64,000 bases of DNA, from contig OX597838.1 of NCBI GenBank assembly GCA_951406725.2, positions 27,776,001 to 27,840,000 of the forward strand. The letters are read 5' to 3'. Of the stretch, positions 1 to 14,000 are shown piece after piece. The DNA comes from Octopus vulgaris. Its lineage: Eukaryota. A model generated the notes under the pieces. It saw only the letters and a list, made by a program, of their open reading frames with translations, searched no databases and was not told the DNA's origin. The stretch's first letter is position 1, and each line of letters begins with the position of its first letter. A program made the translations under genes and the position numbers.

Positions 1-960
1 ATGAATGACACGCCGTACGTTATTACTAAATGGCCGATAAAGGTGTACATCTGTGGGAAGAGATAAAGAATAAAAGAATTAGAGAATAAAGGAATGAGTA
101 AAAAAAAATAGAGTATTTCAGGGAATAATGGTGAAGATAGATTACACAGTGTATGTTAGTATTATATGGTTAATAATAGGTGTATATGTGTGAGGAAAAT
201 TAATAGAAGATTCTATTAATAATTAATAGAAGATATAGAGAATAAAGGAATGAATAAAAGAATAGAGGATTGAAAGAATAATGGTGAACAACAGCATATG
301 TTATATAATATGGTTAATAAAAGGTGTATATATGTGAGAAAAAATATAAAGAATAGGAGAATTAGAGAATAAAAGAATGAATAAAAGAATAGAGGATTTA
401 AGGAATAATGGTGAAGATAGATGATACAGTGTATGTTATATTATATGGTTAATAAAAGGTGTATATATGTGAGAAAAAATATAAAGAATAGGAGAATTAG
501 AGAATAAAAGAATAGAGGATTGAAGGAATAATGGTGAAGATAGATGATACAGTGTATGCTAGTATTATATGGTTAATAATAGGTGTATATGTGTGAGGAA
601 AATAATGATTAATAGAAGATTTAGAGAATAAAGGAATGAATAAAAGAACAGAGGATTTAAGGAATAATGGTGAAGTTGAACAACAGCATGTGTTATATTA
701 TATGGTTAATAAAAGGTGTATATATGTGAGAAAAATATAAAGAATAAGGGAATTAGAGAATAAAAGAATGAATAAAAGAATAGAGGATTGAAGGAATAAT
801 ATGATGAATGATATTGCATTTTTTAGTTCTGTATATCTAATAAAGGTGTACATCTAAAAATGGAATAATTAGAGAATAAAGGAATGAGTTATAGAATACA
901 GGAATAAAGGAATGATGATTGTGATGAACGACACAACCTATGTTAATTCCATGTGGCCAA
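1..960. repeat. Degenerate purine-rich tandem repeat, ~120-155 bp units
   Basis: Recurring attagagaataaaggaatgaataaaagaatagaggatt..ggaataatggtgaa..tatggttaataa.aggtgtata, about 7 copies. Confidence 0.8.
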
Positions 961-1059
961 TAAGTGAAGGTGCATGGTTTAGTGATTAGTATGTTGTACT
1001 TGTGATTGTTAGATTAAGGTTTCAATTCCCAGACTGGGAAGTGCATTATTTTTCGAGTA

Positions 1060-1420
1060 CCATCTAGAGTATTCGAACAGTTCCAAGCAATGCTGTTTTC
1101 TGCAAGTGCTCCACCCTTACTGCAACCCCTATTTGTTCCATGTACTTCTCAAGATTTTTACTCACTGTTCCCAGGGCTCCAACAATTATCAGTACTACTA
1201 CCACCTTTTTCATCAAACACAACTGCTTAACCTCCCAAGCTAACCTGTCATACCTATCGACTTTTCTTTCTTCCTTATCACTTACCTTGTTGTCAGATGA
1301 GCATCCTATATCTATGATCCAGCATCATTTACTTTCTTTCTCAATTAACACTATGTCTAGTTTCCTATTCTCTATCTCATAGTCGCACTATATCACAAAA
1401 TCCCATAGGATCTTTGCATT
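1060..1420 (-). mobile_element. 3' fragment of REL-endonuclease non-LTR retrotransposon (R4/Dong-like)
   Basis: Minus strand reads LWDF...NRKLDIV...IIDIG...K..RY..LAWEV...IIVGALG...LQKTALLGT with stops; adjoins (TTA)n. Confidence 0.75.
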
Positions 1421-1491
1421 ATCATTTTCGATTATTATTATTATCATTATTATTATCATTATTATTATTATTATTATCATTATTATCATCA

Positions 1492-1564
<73 letters not shown>

Positions 1565-2494
1565 CATTATTAGGGCAGCAAGCTGGCACAGTTGTTAACT
1601 CATTGGACTAAATGCTTAGCTGGCATTTCATTCAACTTTTTTCATTCTGAGTTCAAATCCTGCCAAGGTTAGTTTTGCATTTCTTCTTTCTGATCTCATT
1701 GAAATAAGTACCAGCTGCGCATTGAGGTTGATGTAATCAACAAACACCTCCCTCAAAGTTTCAGGCCTTGTACCTACAGTAAAAAGGATTATCATAACTA
1801 TAATCCTTTCTACTAAAGGCACAAGGTCTGAAATTAAGGGGGAAGGGGATGGTCAATTACATCGACCCCAGTGTTTCACTGGTACTTAATTTATTGACCC
1901 TGAAAGGATGAAAGGCAAAGTTGACTTGAGCAGTATTTGAACTCAGAACGTGCAGAGCAATGAAATACCACTAAGCATTTTGTCTGGCATGCTAAGGATT
2001 GTGCCAGGTCACCACCTTTATAGTTATAATTATTATCATTATTATTATTGAGTGAGAGAGCAGTGCATGCCATCAAAGTGACACTGGGGTAAAATATACG
2101 AAGCCCAGTATACCCATCATGACTACCCGTCTGATAAGGGTACACCAGGCACATGCATCACAACCATATGTACACGACACGGTGATCTCATATCAAGATA
2201 AACAGCGCATGACCTTGCAGGTGGGGCCCAGTTAGAATTTTCTTCTGGTCAAGTAGCCCATCCTGCTCAAAAGGTCCCTGAATAAGGGTTGTTTAAGGAT
2301 GTTGAACGAAACACTCATATTTCCAAAGGTGAATTATTCAAACCCCAAAGAATCCCTCTCAACACATGGCTATGATGCTCCCCCACTACTTCTGCTCGTG
2401 ATCAGAGAAGCACATATCGTCAGCCACTAGGGGACATGCTCAACTGGTTACGGTCAAACAACTGACAAGCAAATCTGTGGTATTGAGCAGAATA

Positions 2495-2727
2495 GAGAGC
2501 GGCGAGCTGGCAGAAACGTTAGCACGCCGGGCGAAATGCTTAGCGGTATTTTGTCTGCGTTACGTTGTGAGTTCAAATTCCGCTGAGGTCGACTTTGCCT
2601 TTCATCCTTTCGGGGTCGATAAATTAAGTACCAGTTACGCACTGGGGTCGATGTAATCGACTTAATCCATTTGTCTGTCCTTGTTTGTCCCCTCTGTGTT
2701 TAGCCCCTTGTGGGTAATAAAGAAATA
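2495..2727 (+). mobile_element. tRNA-derived SINE with 16-bp TSD, nested in an older repeat
   Basis: gcggcgagctggcagaaacgttagcacgccggg...aataaagaaata, flanked by ggtattgagcagaata at 2479-2494 and 2728-2743. Confidence 0.85.
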
Positions 2728-2854
2728 GGTATTGAGCAGAATATTTGCTGTAGCCCATCTTTTATACCAAGACAAAACAATGTACATGATAACACTTCCA
2801 ATCAGTTAAGATCAGCAGCAGCCATGAGAGCCACTGCCTGGTACTGCATCAGGG

Positions 2855-2903
<49 letters not shown>

Positions 2904-3741
2904 TTTAAGGACTGCATTTGGCTAAATCAACTGAATGCTTGACAAAAAAAAAACATGGTATTTAATTACATCTCTTTACATTTTGAGTTTGGACCTTCCT
3001 TTCATCCCTCCTGACAGACACCCCTGTCCCTGGGTTTAAATTTGTCCTTCGCCCTATTGGTAACCACTCGAGCACTGGTGCGAGGTGGGGAAGGGGGTGA
3101 TGTAGGGCTTTGCGCTAATGTGAGAAGTCATTATCTCAAGAAATCATTATCTCAAGACACTTCACTTAACTAATCAGTCACTGATCTTCCATCAAAGTTT
3201 AAAGTATGTCCCACATTACAGCAACCTTCACATATCTTGAGACAATACTGCTGCCATTTACACTGCTACCTCCACCACCACCACCACCACCACCACCACC
3301 ACCAGCTCTGCTACTGCTACTGATGCTGCTATACACACAAATATTCCCAACACATCCCGAAAATGGGTCGTCAGCTACTGATTGACAAAGTTTCAATCAC
3401 CAACACAACTAACAACCTTTCGTTCACTGACATTATGTGTCTTTTCTATGTTTCTGCTCTTATCACTACTTCGACATCTTCTGACCCACTCAGCTAATAA
3501 GCTACCATATACACTCATGGCTAGGTCACACTTTTTTTTTTTACCAAAATTTTCGATAAACATCAAGGCTGCGACCTATCCACTCAACATCACAACGATC
3601 TGAAGTAGACAGTGGCGTACCAGAAGTCAAGTTTGATTTATCAATTAAGACTACTTTCATAAAGTCACTTCAGCAAAAACACTTTAATATTTGCAAGCAA
3701 AGTTTAGAAATAAAGGTGAATATTTGATTATTTTTAACAAA

Positions 3742-4000
3742 TCTCTCTATATATAAAGCTGAAGTTGTCTGTGTATGGCAGGTTTGGTAGCCTTCAACTA
3801 ACACTATCTCCTCCGAGACCCTGTGGCGCAAGTTGACCAAAATTGAGAGTATGATAGAAGAAGGCTTGCTCTTTATTCCGTAGAAGAAAAAAATTCAAAT
3901 CGGACCATGCTAAAACCAAAAATTATTTACATCAAAAAGGTGCTTTTTTTCTATGAAAATCCCTATTTTTTACGATTTGTTTGACTGCTGTGTCACCATT
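3742..4000 (+). mobile_element. 5' part of non-autonomous Helitron-like element
   Basis: Starts TCTCTCTATATATAAA, the same start as the complete copy at 57178. Confidence 0.45.
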
Positions 4001-4738
4001 GAGGCAAGTTTAGTCGAATGAATCAACTGCAGTACTATATATATATAGATAGATAGATAGATAGACAGATATATATATATATAGATACACACACACACGC
4101 ATATATATATACCTCTTCTCTCGTTAGATGATGCTTAAAAGTTCTGCAATTTCTTGCTGAACAACCTCAGGTTTGATCTGTTTATTGTGGTCAAGTGTTC
4201 ACATAAGCTCACTCACTCCATCAAATCGAAATTACCTGTATAGGTGCACGACATGCCAACATGTCAGATGACAAAATTTTGCTCGAGAACACTGCACAAT
4301 ATCTGTTCCGGGAGTGAAAACCATGATCTCACAATCACATGTGCAGCAGCCTAACCACTGAATCATGCACCTTCGTGAGTATATTGCACCTAGAAAGTTC
4401 CCCTCTCAAGCACAAGTCCACACAAGGTTGTTTATGGAAGACCAGCAATCGCCCATGCATGCAATCCTCCCCTCCCAACACCACCGATCTTTTCCAAGGG
4501 AAGAGTAAAGACCGATACAGCTTCGCCCCAGTGACGTCGCAACTCATTTCTACGGCTGAGTGAACTGGAACAACGTGAAGTAAAGAGTCTTGCTCAAGAA
4601 CACAAAACACAGCCTGGTTTGAGAATTGAACTTACAGCCTCATGACTGTAAATTGACACTCTAACTACTGAGCTATGCACCTTCGCATACTTCAGGAGAC
4701 TGGAGAAGATGAAAATTAAAAAAATGAGTTTTACTTAC

Positions 4739-4881
4739 CACTGTTGGCGTTGATAGATAAATAGTGACCATGTTAAGTCTCTTGGCAATAGTCATGATAA
4801 TTGGATGGAGAAGGAAAGCACCGTAGGTCAGTCGGTCTAAGGGTATGAAAGCACTATAGGAGAGAATGCTAGTCACAATAC
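4739..4881 (-). CDS. NRF-6-like exon 15
   Basis: cttgcag|(G)IVTSILSYSAFIPLDRLTYGAFLLHPIIMTIAKRLNMVTIYLSTPTV|gtaagt; ends in a donor, so at least one more exon follows. Confidence 0.92.
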
Positions 4882-4952
4882 CTGCAAGATGTAAAATATA
4901 TATACTTATATGCACATACATACACACAATAAATATACATACGCATAAATAA

Positions 4953-5003
<51 letters not shown>

Positions 5004-8000
5004 ATATATATGTAATATATGTATATATATATATATATGTAATATATTAGGGAATAACAAGTATTCCAGGTTATCAGGAAGTTTACTATTTTACACTTTT
5101 CTAATGAAATCTAAAAAATATATATATATATAATATTGTTATTACAAATTTGGGATATTTACCAATAGATAAGCAACTCCTATTTCAGGATAACCTCATG
5201 GAATGGTATACGCAGAGAAAATTACATCAAATAAAATAATTAAAATAACATCAAATAAAATTAGTTAAATAATTATATCCTATCCGTTATTAATCAATAG
5301 GGAAAGAAGGTAGTACAAGTATTTGCTACACATGTTTCTGCACTGGTGGGGTGTGTATTAAGGCTATACTTAATACATAAATCCACCAATGCATCCTCAG
5401 GCTATGTATATTATTATTATTATTATGTACAGGTAAAAGTTGAAAATTAAAAGTTAAAAATCATATTAAAAATAAAAATTACAAATATATTTTTTTAAAT
5501 ATTAAATACCTAGAGTACAATTAAGATATATATTGGAAATGCTCTACCTAAGGAAATTATTAACGATTAAATTAGAAACATATCAAATCTTATAATATAT
5601 CTAAATAAATATTATAGAAATTAATAATTTAGTGTAAAATATACCCCTGTCAATACTGATATAATAAAACATATTCTATGTCAAATGTGAATTAATAGTC
5701 TAGAATAAAGATTAATTAGTAAATACAACTACTTACATTAGCAACTTAGTGAACAAAAGTAGCAAAACAAAGTAAAAAGGTAGATTACTTTATGACATAA
5801 GGTTTAATCCTGCTAGTTCAAGTGCAAATATGTTTTTAAATATATTTGTTAAGAAGGGCATCCAGCTTGGCGTTAGGAAGGGCATCCAGCTGTAGAAACA
5901 CTGCCAGATCAGACTGGGGCCTGGTGCAGCCTTCTGGCTTCCCAGATCCCCGGTCAAACCGTCCAATCCATGCTAGCATGGAGAACGGACGTTAAACGAT
6001 GATAATGATGATGATGATGATGATTTGTAATTTTTATTTTTAATATGATTTTTAACTTTTAATTCCTAACTTTTACCCGTACATAATAATACTTTCACTA
6101 AAATAACCATGATAGCACCATCACTACCAGCAACAACAGCAACAACAATGGCTGGCACCCTATCGGTTAGCAGGGCAAGGGTTCCAGTTCATCCAATCAA
6201 CAGAACAACCTACTCATGAAATTAACGAGCAAGCCCACAGACATGTGTACCCTTAATGTAGTTCACAGGGAGATTCAGCGTGACACAGAATGTGACAAGG
6301 ATGGCCTTTTTGAATTACAAGTACAATTCATTTTTGAGTTGAATGGAGCACTGTGAAATAAAGTGTCTTGCTCAAAAGCACAATTTTCCACCAAGAATTG
6401 AACTCACAACTTTATGATCAGGAGCTGAATGCCCTAACCATTAAGCTACATGCCGTCACACACCAACAACGACAACAACAACAATAGCAGTGCGTCATGA
6501 AACTGCTTTAAGAGCTTACGGCAGCAAGTTGGCAAAAACGTTAGCACGCCGGGCGAAATGCTTAGTAGTATTTCGTCTGCCACTATGTTCTGAGTTCAAA
6601 TTCTGCCAAGGTCGACTTTGCCTTTCACCCTTTCGGGATCGATAAATTAAGTACCAGTTATGCACTGGGGTCGATGTAATCGACTTAATCCCTTAGTCTG
6701 TCCTTGTTTATCCTCTCTGTGTTTAGCCCCTTGTGGACAATAAAGAAATAAGAAACTGTTTTAAGAGCTTACCGCCATTTCCTGAAGCGCAAATAACAAT
6801 CACCCATGAGACAAGCAAGGCCCAGATTGGACGAGAGAGGAGTTCGTAGGATGTTGTTTGAGCATTTGTCCAGACTATTGGATCATCTGTTTTATACATA
6901 GTGTATTTTATGTAACAAATCACCATGGAGATAGCCAACGTGATAAACCAACCGAATGAGAGGTAGAGCTGCAGAAATGGTAGAATGAAAAAATATTGAA
7001 GAAAATGAAAAATATAAGGTAAAAAAAAAAAGAAAGAAAATGAGAGAAAAAAATATAAAAAGGATGAAAGGAAACAAGAAAAGTGAGAGAGGGGGGAGGA
7101 AAAGGGTTGTAAAGATTTGAGAGAAGGAGTGAAAGAGGAAGAGAGAGGGGGGAAAGTGAGAGGATTGTGTGTGGAGGAGAAAATTGAGGGTGGTACATGA
7201 GGAAGAGAGAGAAGTGGGGAGGAAGGAACATGGAGAACTGAGCGAGGGGGAGAGACAGGGAGAGAGGGAGGAAAACAGAGAATGCTGGAGAAATGGAGAG
7301 AGAGAGAGAAGGATGAAACTTTGAAGTCCCTGTCAACATATTCTTGTTAAAGAATAAATATATACTCTACAGAAAGTATTGAGTGATCTTTTTTTTAATG
7401 TATAATTGTTTTATTACAACTTGACATAAAAACAAACATTGATGTGTGTGTGTGTGTGTGTGTGTGTGTAATGGACAGGTGCAGGAGAAGTTCTATGAGC
7501 AGAATATGGGTCTTGTCCAGGCATTCATTGATTTAACCAAGGCCTTTGATACTGTGAATAGGGCCTTGCTATGGAAAATACTTGGCAAACTTGGATGTCC
7601 GGATCACTTTGTATCTATAATTAAATCATTTCATGATGGGATGGAGCCTTGGGTCAATGTTGGTAGTGGCATGGCAGGACCCATTCCTGTAGAGAATGGT
7701 GTCAAGCAGGGTGACATCCTTGCCCCGACTCTCGTTTCTTTGCCCTTTGCTGTTGCCTTTACTCATGCTTTTGCCAAGGTTAGCTCTCTAGGAATATATG
7801 TCAAGTATCGATCTTCTGGCTGCCTCTTTAATCTGCACTGATTTGCTGCCAATTCAAAAATTTTCCAGTCTCTCATTCGTGACCTCCTTTATGCAGATGA
7901 CTGTGACTTAGTCACTCATACAGTGGATGACATGCAAATACTTATGAATCTTATTTCTGCTTCTTGCAAGGCATTTGGACTCAGCACTAGCCTGGACAAG

Positions 8001-11000
8001 ACTGTTGTAATGTTCCATCCTGCACCAGGAAATCCATATATGGAACCAGCTATCTTGATTGAAGGAACAATACTGAAAGTGGTAGACAAGTTTGTCTACC
8101 TGGGCAGCACACTCAGCCGTTCTTGCTCCCTTGATGATGAAATATCTTTTGGGCTGCAGAAAGCAACTGATTCCTTCTGGTCTCTTCAGTCTTGTGTCTG
8201 GTCCCAGCATGGCACCACAAGGGAAATGAAAATTGCTGTGTACCGTGCATGTGTACTGACATCGCTCCTTTACTCATGAAACATGGGCCTTTTACAAAAG
8301 TCATGTAACGGTCCTTGAACACTTTCATCAGAGATGTCTAAGACACATTCTGAATGTTGGCTGGACCTTAAAAACTCTAGACAGATAGGCCCCGAGTTTT
8401 GAGGCAATGTTGTACAAGCACCAGTTACATAGGACAGAAGACCTTATTAGAATGAAGGATAACGGGATCCCTAAACAGATGCTATATGGGGAACTTATTA
8501 GTGGAAAGTGACCCCGGCAGAAACTAAGGCTGCGATTTAAGGACTGTGTCAAGTCCTCATTAAAGGCCTGTGATATGCAGGAGAGCAACTGGGAGAGCAA
8601 TGCCTGTTGTCACCACAGATGGAGGAAGCAGGTTAAGGAGGGGGTCAACATCTTTGAGAGAGCACATATTCTGCATGAAGAATTTAAGCAGGCTGCTCGA
8701 AAGCACACTGTTAGTGTAGTGAATGTAGGAAGCTTGGTTTGGAATGTTTGCAGTCGTGTATGCTTGTCAAGAGCAGGGATCATTAGCCACCAACGGAGCC
8801 GCAAATGCAAAATATAAGTTAGTCCTAGAGCACACAATGTTCCTGAAGGTTAGCAATGGTTGTCCTCAGTCATGAGTGGATGGCCATCATATACCATCAA
8901 TATATATATACACATATATACATAAGTATATATATCATCAATATATATATACACATATATACATAAGCATATATACCATCAATATATAAATATATACACA
9001 CATATATAAATATATAAATATATACACACATATATACGTAAATATATATATACCATCAATATATAAATATATACACATGAACACACACATACACACACAT
9101 ATCATCATCATCATCATCCTCATCATCATCATCATTATCATCACCTAGCAACAAGACCATTCCAGTATGTTATTCCTCACCTTTGAAATGCTACGTTTCC
9201 TGTGTTTCATTCGTAAGAAATATCCAAGTAATATTCCAATGAGAAATGGGCTCATCCTGGTCCAAGGTTTCGTGTAAACATCATCGAATGTAATTCTGAA
9301 ATAAATCAATAAAACAATAAATAAAGCAAGAAATGAAGAAAAGAAAATTAATACCTCAGTGAGCACCATTGAAACAACATTATACTAAAACAGCCATCTA
9401 TGTATCATAATAAATGTATATACCATTGAAATATATATATATATATATATAATGTGACACCAGCACCTGCAAAGGAGAAGCTTGTATATGCAGAAGACAG
9501 CAGACCACAACTCTTGGTCTTTTGTTATTTCCTCACTGAGGCCCAAGGCCTGAAGATTCTTTCTCACCACTTCGTCCCATGTCTTCCTGGGTCTACCCCT
9601 TCCACTGGTTCCCTCCGCAATTAGAGCTCAGCTCTTCTTTATGCGGCTGTCCTCATCCATATGCATCACGTGACCAAACCAGCACAGTCTTATCTCTTGC
9701 ACACAACATCTGATGCCTCTTTACCCAGTTTTCCTCTAAAATCCTTTTCACTCTGTCGTGCATGCACACTGACATTATCCATGCAGCAGAGCATGCTAGC
9801 TTCATTTCTTTCAAGCCTTTGCAAGTCCTCTGTAGTCAAAGACCACGTTTCACTGCCATATAGCACAGGCATCATACAATCTGCCTTTCACTCTGAGGGA
9901 GAGGCCCTTAGGTACCAACAAAGGTAGAAGCTCTCTGAACTTTGCCCAGCCCATTCTTATTCTAGCAACCACACTTTCAGAACTTCCTTCTCCACTACTA
10001 ACTTGGTCTCCAAGGTAACAGAAGACATCTACTACTTCTAATGATCCACTTGACCATTTGAAGGAGTCTATTCTCTGTGCATTTTTAGTGCTTATTGTAC
10101 CTGCACATTTGCCACACACAAAGACTGTATTCTCTGTTAACCTTCTAGTGATACTGCTGCACCTCTTATGTGTCCAAAGCTTGCACTGAGTACAACATAT
10201 GGAGTTTCTACCAACACGGTTCTTATATATTGAGCAGGGCTGTCTCTCAGAAGGGACTTGTGATTTGTCTGTTTTCCTACCTTCTAGAACTTTGGTTTTT
10301 GCTAAATTAACTCTAAGGCCCTTAAATTCCAGGCCTTGCTTCCACACCTGAAATTTCTTCTGTAGGCCAGGTAGTGATTCAGCTATAAGAACAAAGTTAT
10401 CAGCTTAGAGGAGACCCCAGGGGTAGCTAGTCTTGAATTCCTCTGATACGGTCTGCAGGACTAAGATAAACAGGAGGGGCTGAGAACTGAACCTTGGTAA
10501 ACTGCTTCCTGTACACTAAATTCATTACTATATTCGTTGCCAACCTTCAGTTTACTGGCAGCATCCCTGTACATGGCTTTTACAGCTCTCACCAACCACT
10601 CATTTATCCCTGGCTTCCACATTGATCACCAGATAAGGGAGCAGGAAACCCTGTCAAAAGCTTTCTCCATGTTGACCAAAGCAAAGTACAGAGGTTTATT
10701 TTTGGCTAAATATTTCTCCTGCAGTTGCCAAACCAGGAATATAGCATCAGTAATGCTCCTACCTGGCACAAACATTTCAGTTTCCATCAGCCAAATCCAC
10801 TCACAAGGCTTTGGTTGACCCAGGGCTATCGTAGACGACACCTGCCCAAGGTGTCCTGCAGTGGAGCTGAACCTAGTGCTTTCTTTAGCACAGCATGTCT
10901 ACACAGAGATTTTTCTCTCAGAGAAAACCCACAGCATCATACCTTTCAATGGTGTATATATGCTTTGTATGATACACCAAATGGTAAAAAAAAAAATGAA

Positions 11001-14000
11001 CATAATAAAGAAAAGAATAAGTGAGTTACTGTAACAGCAGCAGGTAATATGTTTTATAATGATGTGTGGTGCAGAGTTTAGAGAAATAAACTATGATAAA
11101 TATATTATGTAGTTTGGTGAAAAATGCCACATACAACGGTGCCATCACTTTGCACATGTGTCATTCATACAATAGCAAGATTAGTCACTGAAGTGTTGTA
11201 AAGATACCTTGGCTGTTGTTTCCTAATATGCTGTGGGAATGTTGCAATCTGATTTGCTGATTGTTTAGTTGGATGACTGGCTATTTAGAAATTATTGGTC
11301 TGTTCAGCAATTATAGGTCTACTTAGCAATCATTGGTCTATATAGTAATGATTGGCCTATTTAGCAATTATTGGTCTATTTAGCAATTATTGGTCTATTT
11401 AGCAATTATTGGTCTATTTAGCTATTATTGGTCTATTTAGCAATTATTGGTCTATTTAGCAGTTATTGGTCTATTTAGCTATTATTGGTCTATTTAGTAA
11501 TTATTGGTCTATTTAGCAATTATTGGTCTATTTAGCAATTATTGGTCTATTTAGCAGTTATTGGTCTATTTAGCAATTATTGGTCTATTTAGCAATTATT
11601 GGTCTATTTAGCTATTATTGGTCTATCTAGCAATTATTGGTCTATTTAGCAATTATTGGTCTATTTAGCAGTTATTGGTCTATTTAGCAATATTTGGTCT
11701 ACTTAGCAATGATTAGCTTGTATAGTGATTATAGTGATGATTGGCTTATTTAGCAATTAGTCTATTTAGTAATGATTAGTCTATTTGGCAATTATCGGTC
11801 TATTTATTAATAATTAGCATATTTAGCAATGATTAGCTTATTTAGCAAATATTAGTCTATTTATTAATAATTGTTCTATATCGCAATAACTGGCCTATTT
11901 AGCAATGATTGGCCTATATAACAACAGTTGGTGTAAGGAAGGGCATTCAGCCATGGAAACCATGCTAAAGTAGACAATGGAGCTTGGCACAGTCCTCTAG
12001 ATCAGCAGTTCCTGGCAAACCATCCAAATCATGGCAGCATGGAAAAGAGACATCAAATGATGTTGATGATGATGACGACGACAACAACGGCGACAACGAC
12101 AATGGCAATGACGATGATGGGGGGAGAGGGAGGAGCAGGAGGGGATGGAGGAGGAGGAGGAGGTTGTTGTTGTTGTTGGTGGTGGTGGTGGTGGTGGTGG
12201 AGGAGGAGGAGGAGGAGGGTCTATTTGAACCCATGTGTGGCCAACTCAGCAATGACTACCACATAAAAAGAGACTTTACTCACGATGTTCCAGTGAATAG
12301 TTTCTGCCAAAGTACCGTTGTGGCTGCGACGTAGGCACAAAGCAGAAAAGTCACCACCAGAAGTCCAACTGACGGAAGCCTGAAAATGGGAGAAAGCAAA
12401 ATAGGAGAAACTCATCACCGTCATTTTCTTTTAAAATTTAGAATCAAATTATCAACATGGTGGAATCTATTCTTTCTACTTGGTTGGAGTTTTTGGCTCA
12501 TCATCAAAATGTATCTTCATTTTGTTTCTTTAATAAGTATTTCCAGTCTGCTCTGATGAACTTTCATATCTTTTGTATCGGCTGCCAAGATCTTAAAATG
12601 TGTCACCTGCTTCTCTTCCCAGCCACATCGTCCCTTGATTCAGTTTCCTCTTAGACTTAAGTCTTTTTATTCCAATAGCTTCTTTCCTTGAACTGCCGTT
12701 CTCTGGGACATGCTGCCATCGTTTTGTTTTCCTCTGAACTTTCAGTCCTTCAAAGTTTCTGTCAATCAACATTGAATTTATAGGCCCCTTTTTACCTTCA
12801 TATAATCCCTTTTACTACAATGTTGTTAAGCTTTGTAAAAAGACATCAACGTTAAACAATTTACAATATTTGTGTCCACATACAATCTGCTCTTCAACCA
12901 TCATCAAATATCTTATTCCTGGAAATATGATGGAGATCAGTAGTTCTCAACTGGAGTCCATATGATACCTAGGATACCTAACACCCCCACTCCCTTGTTT
13001 GAAAATATAAGGATACAGATCGTGTCGTATAGCCAGCTGGTGACAATGTCTCCTGGGGCTAAATTAAAGCTACATTCGTCCTAAACCAGGACTGCCATGA
13101 TATGTTGGCAAACAATCTTTACTACAAAGTACTGTTGCTGAATGTCTCATGTTGTGAGATTTAAAAGTAGTAATTTTCTAATTCCTAAGGACTGGTTTCC
13201 TCGTTTCCATGGCACATAAATTCTCCACCTGGAAGGGACACTGGTCTGTCACATGTTTGCCAGCTGAGTGAACTGGAGCAATATGAAATGATGTGTCTTG
13301 CTCAAGAACACAATGTGTCACCCAGTCCAGGAATCGAAACCACAATGTTATGATCGTGAGTCCAACACCATAACCATTAAGCCACGTTCTTCCCCTATGA
13401 TTTTACTATCCTCAGCTATTCACCAGCGGTCATGCTGGAGCACCACCTGATATTTAGGATATTTACAATAATTCTCTTTTCAAGTGGTGGAACTTGAAGC
13501 AGATAAGCTATGAATAACAGCATGCAAATTTTGGATTTGAAAAAGCCCTTGAATGGAAAAAAATCGAAGACATGGGCAGACTTTGACTTTTTTGTTCAAA
13601 GGCTTTTTAACCCAATATTGCAATTGTTTATAGCTTTATCTGCTTCAAGTTCCACTGTTCCAAAAGAATTATTCGAAATATTGTAACTATAAGGTGGTGC
13701 TCCAATTTATCAGAGTGGTTGGCATTAGGAAGGGCATCCAGTGGCAGGAACCTTGCCAGATCAGATTGGAACCTGGTGTAGCTGCTGGCTCCCCAGACCT
13801 CAGTCAAACTGTCCAACCCATGTCAGCATGGAAAACGGACATTAAACAATGAGGTTGATTATGATGATGATGATATCAATTCTTTTTAATCATTCCATAA
13901 TTAATCATCATCATCATCATCATCAACATCATATTTTTCTCCCAGTAATGAATAAAGCCTCCAAGCAGCTGTATTGTAACTTTGGACAACAAGTACAATC

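Noticed and set aside
2050-2860. Additional hammerhead (CTGACGA on the minus strand near 2420)
   Set aside because: I could not find a matching helix II, GAAA and helix I arrangement.
1-4738. Terminal NRF-6 exon with the expected E-x-P motif and stop
   Set aside because: I found no convincing phase-0 exon; it probably lies outside the window, though I may have missed it.
11290-11920. CRISPR-like array
   Set aside because: Head-to-tail 19-bp units without spacers; it is a minisatellite.
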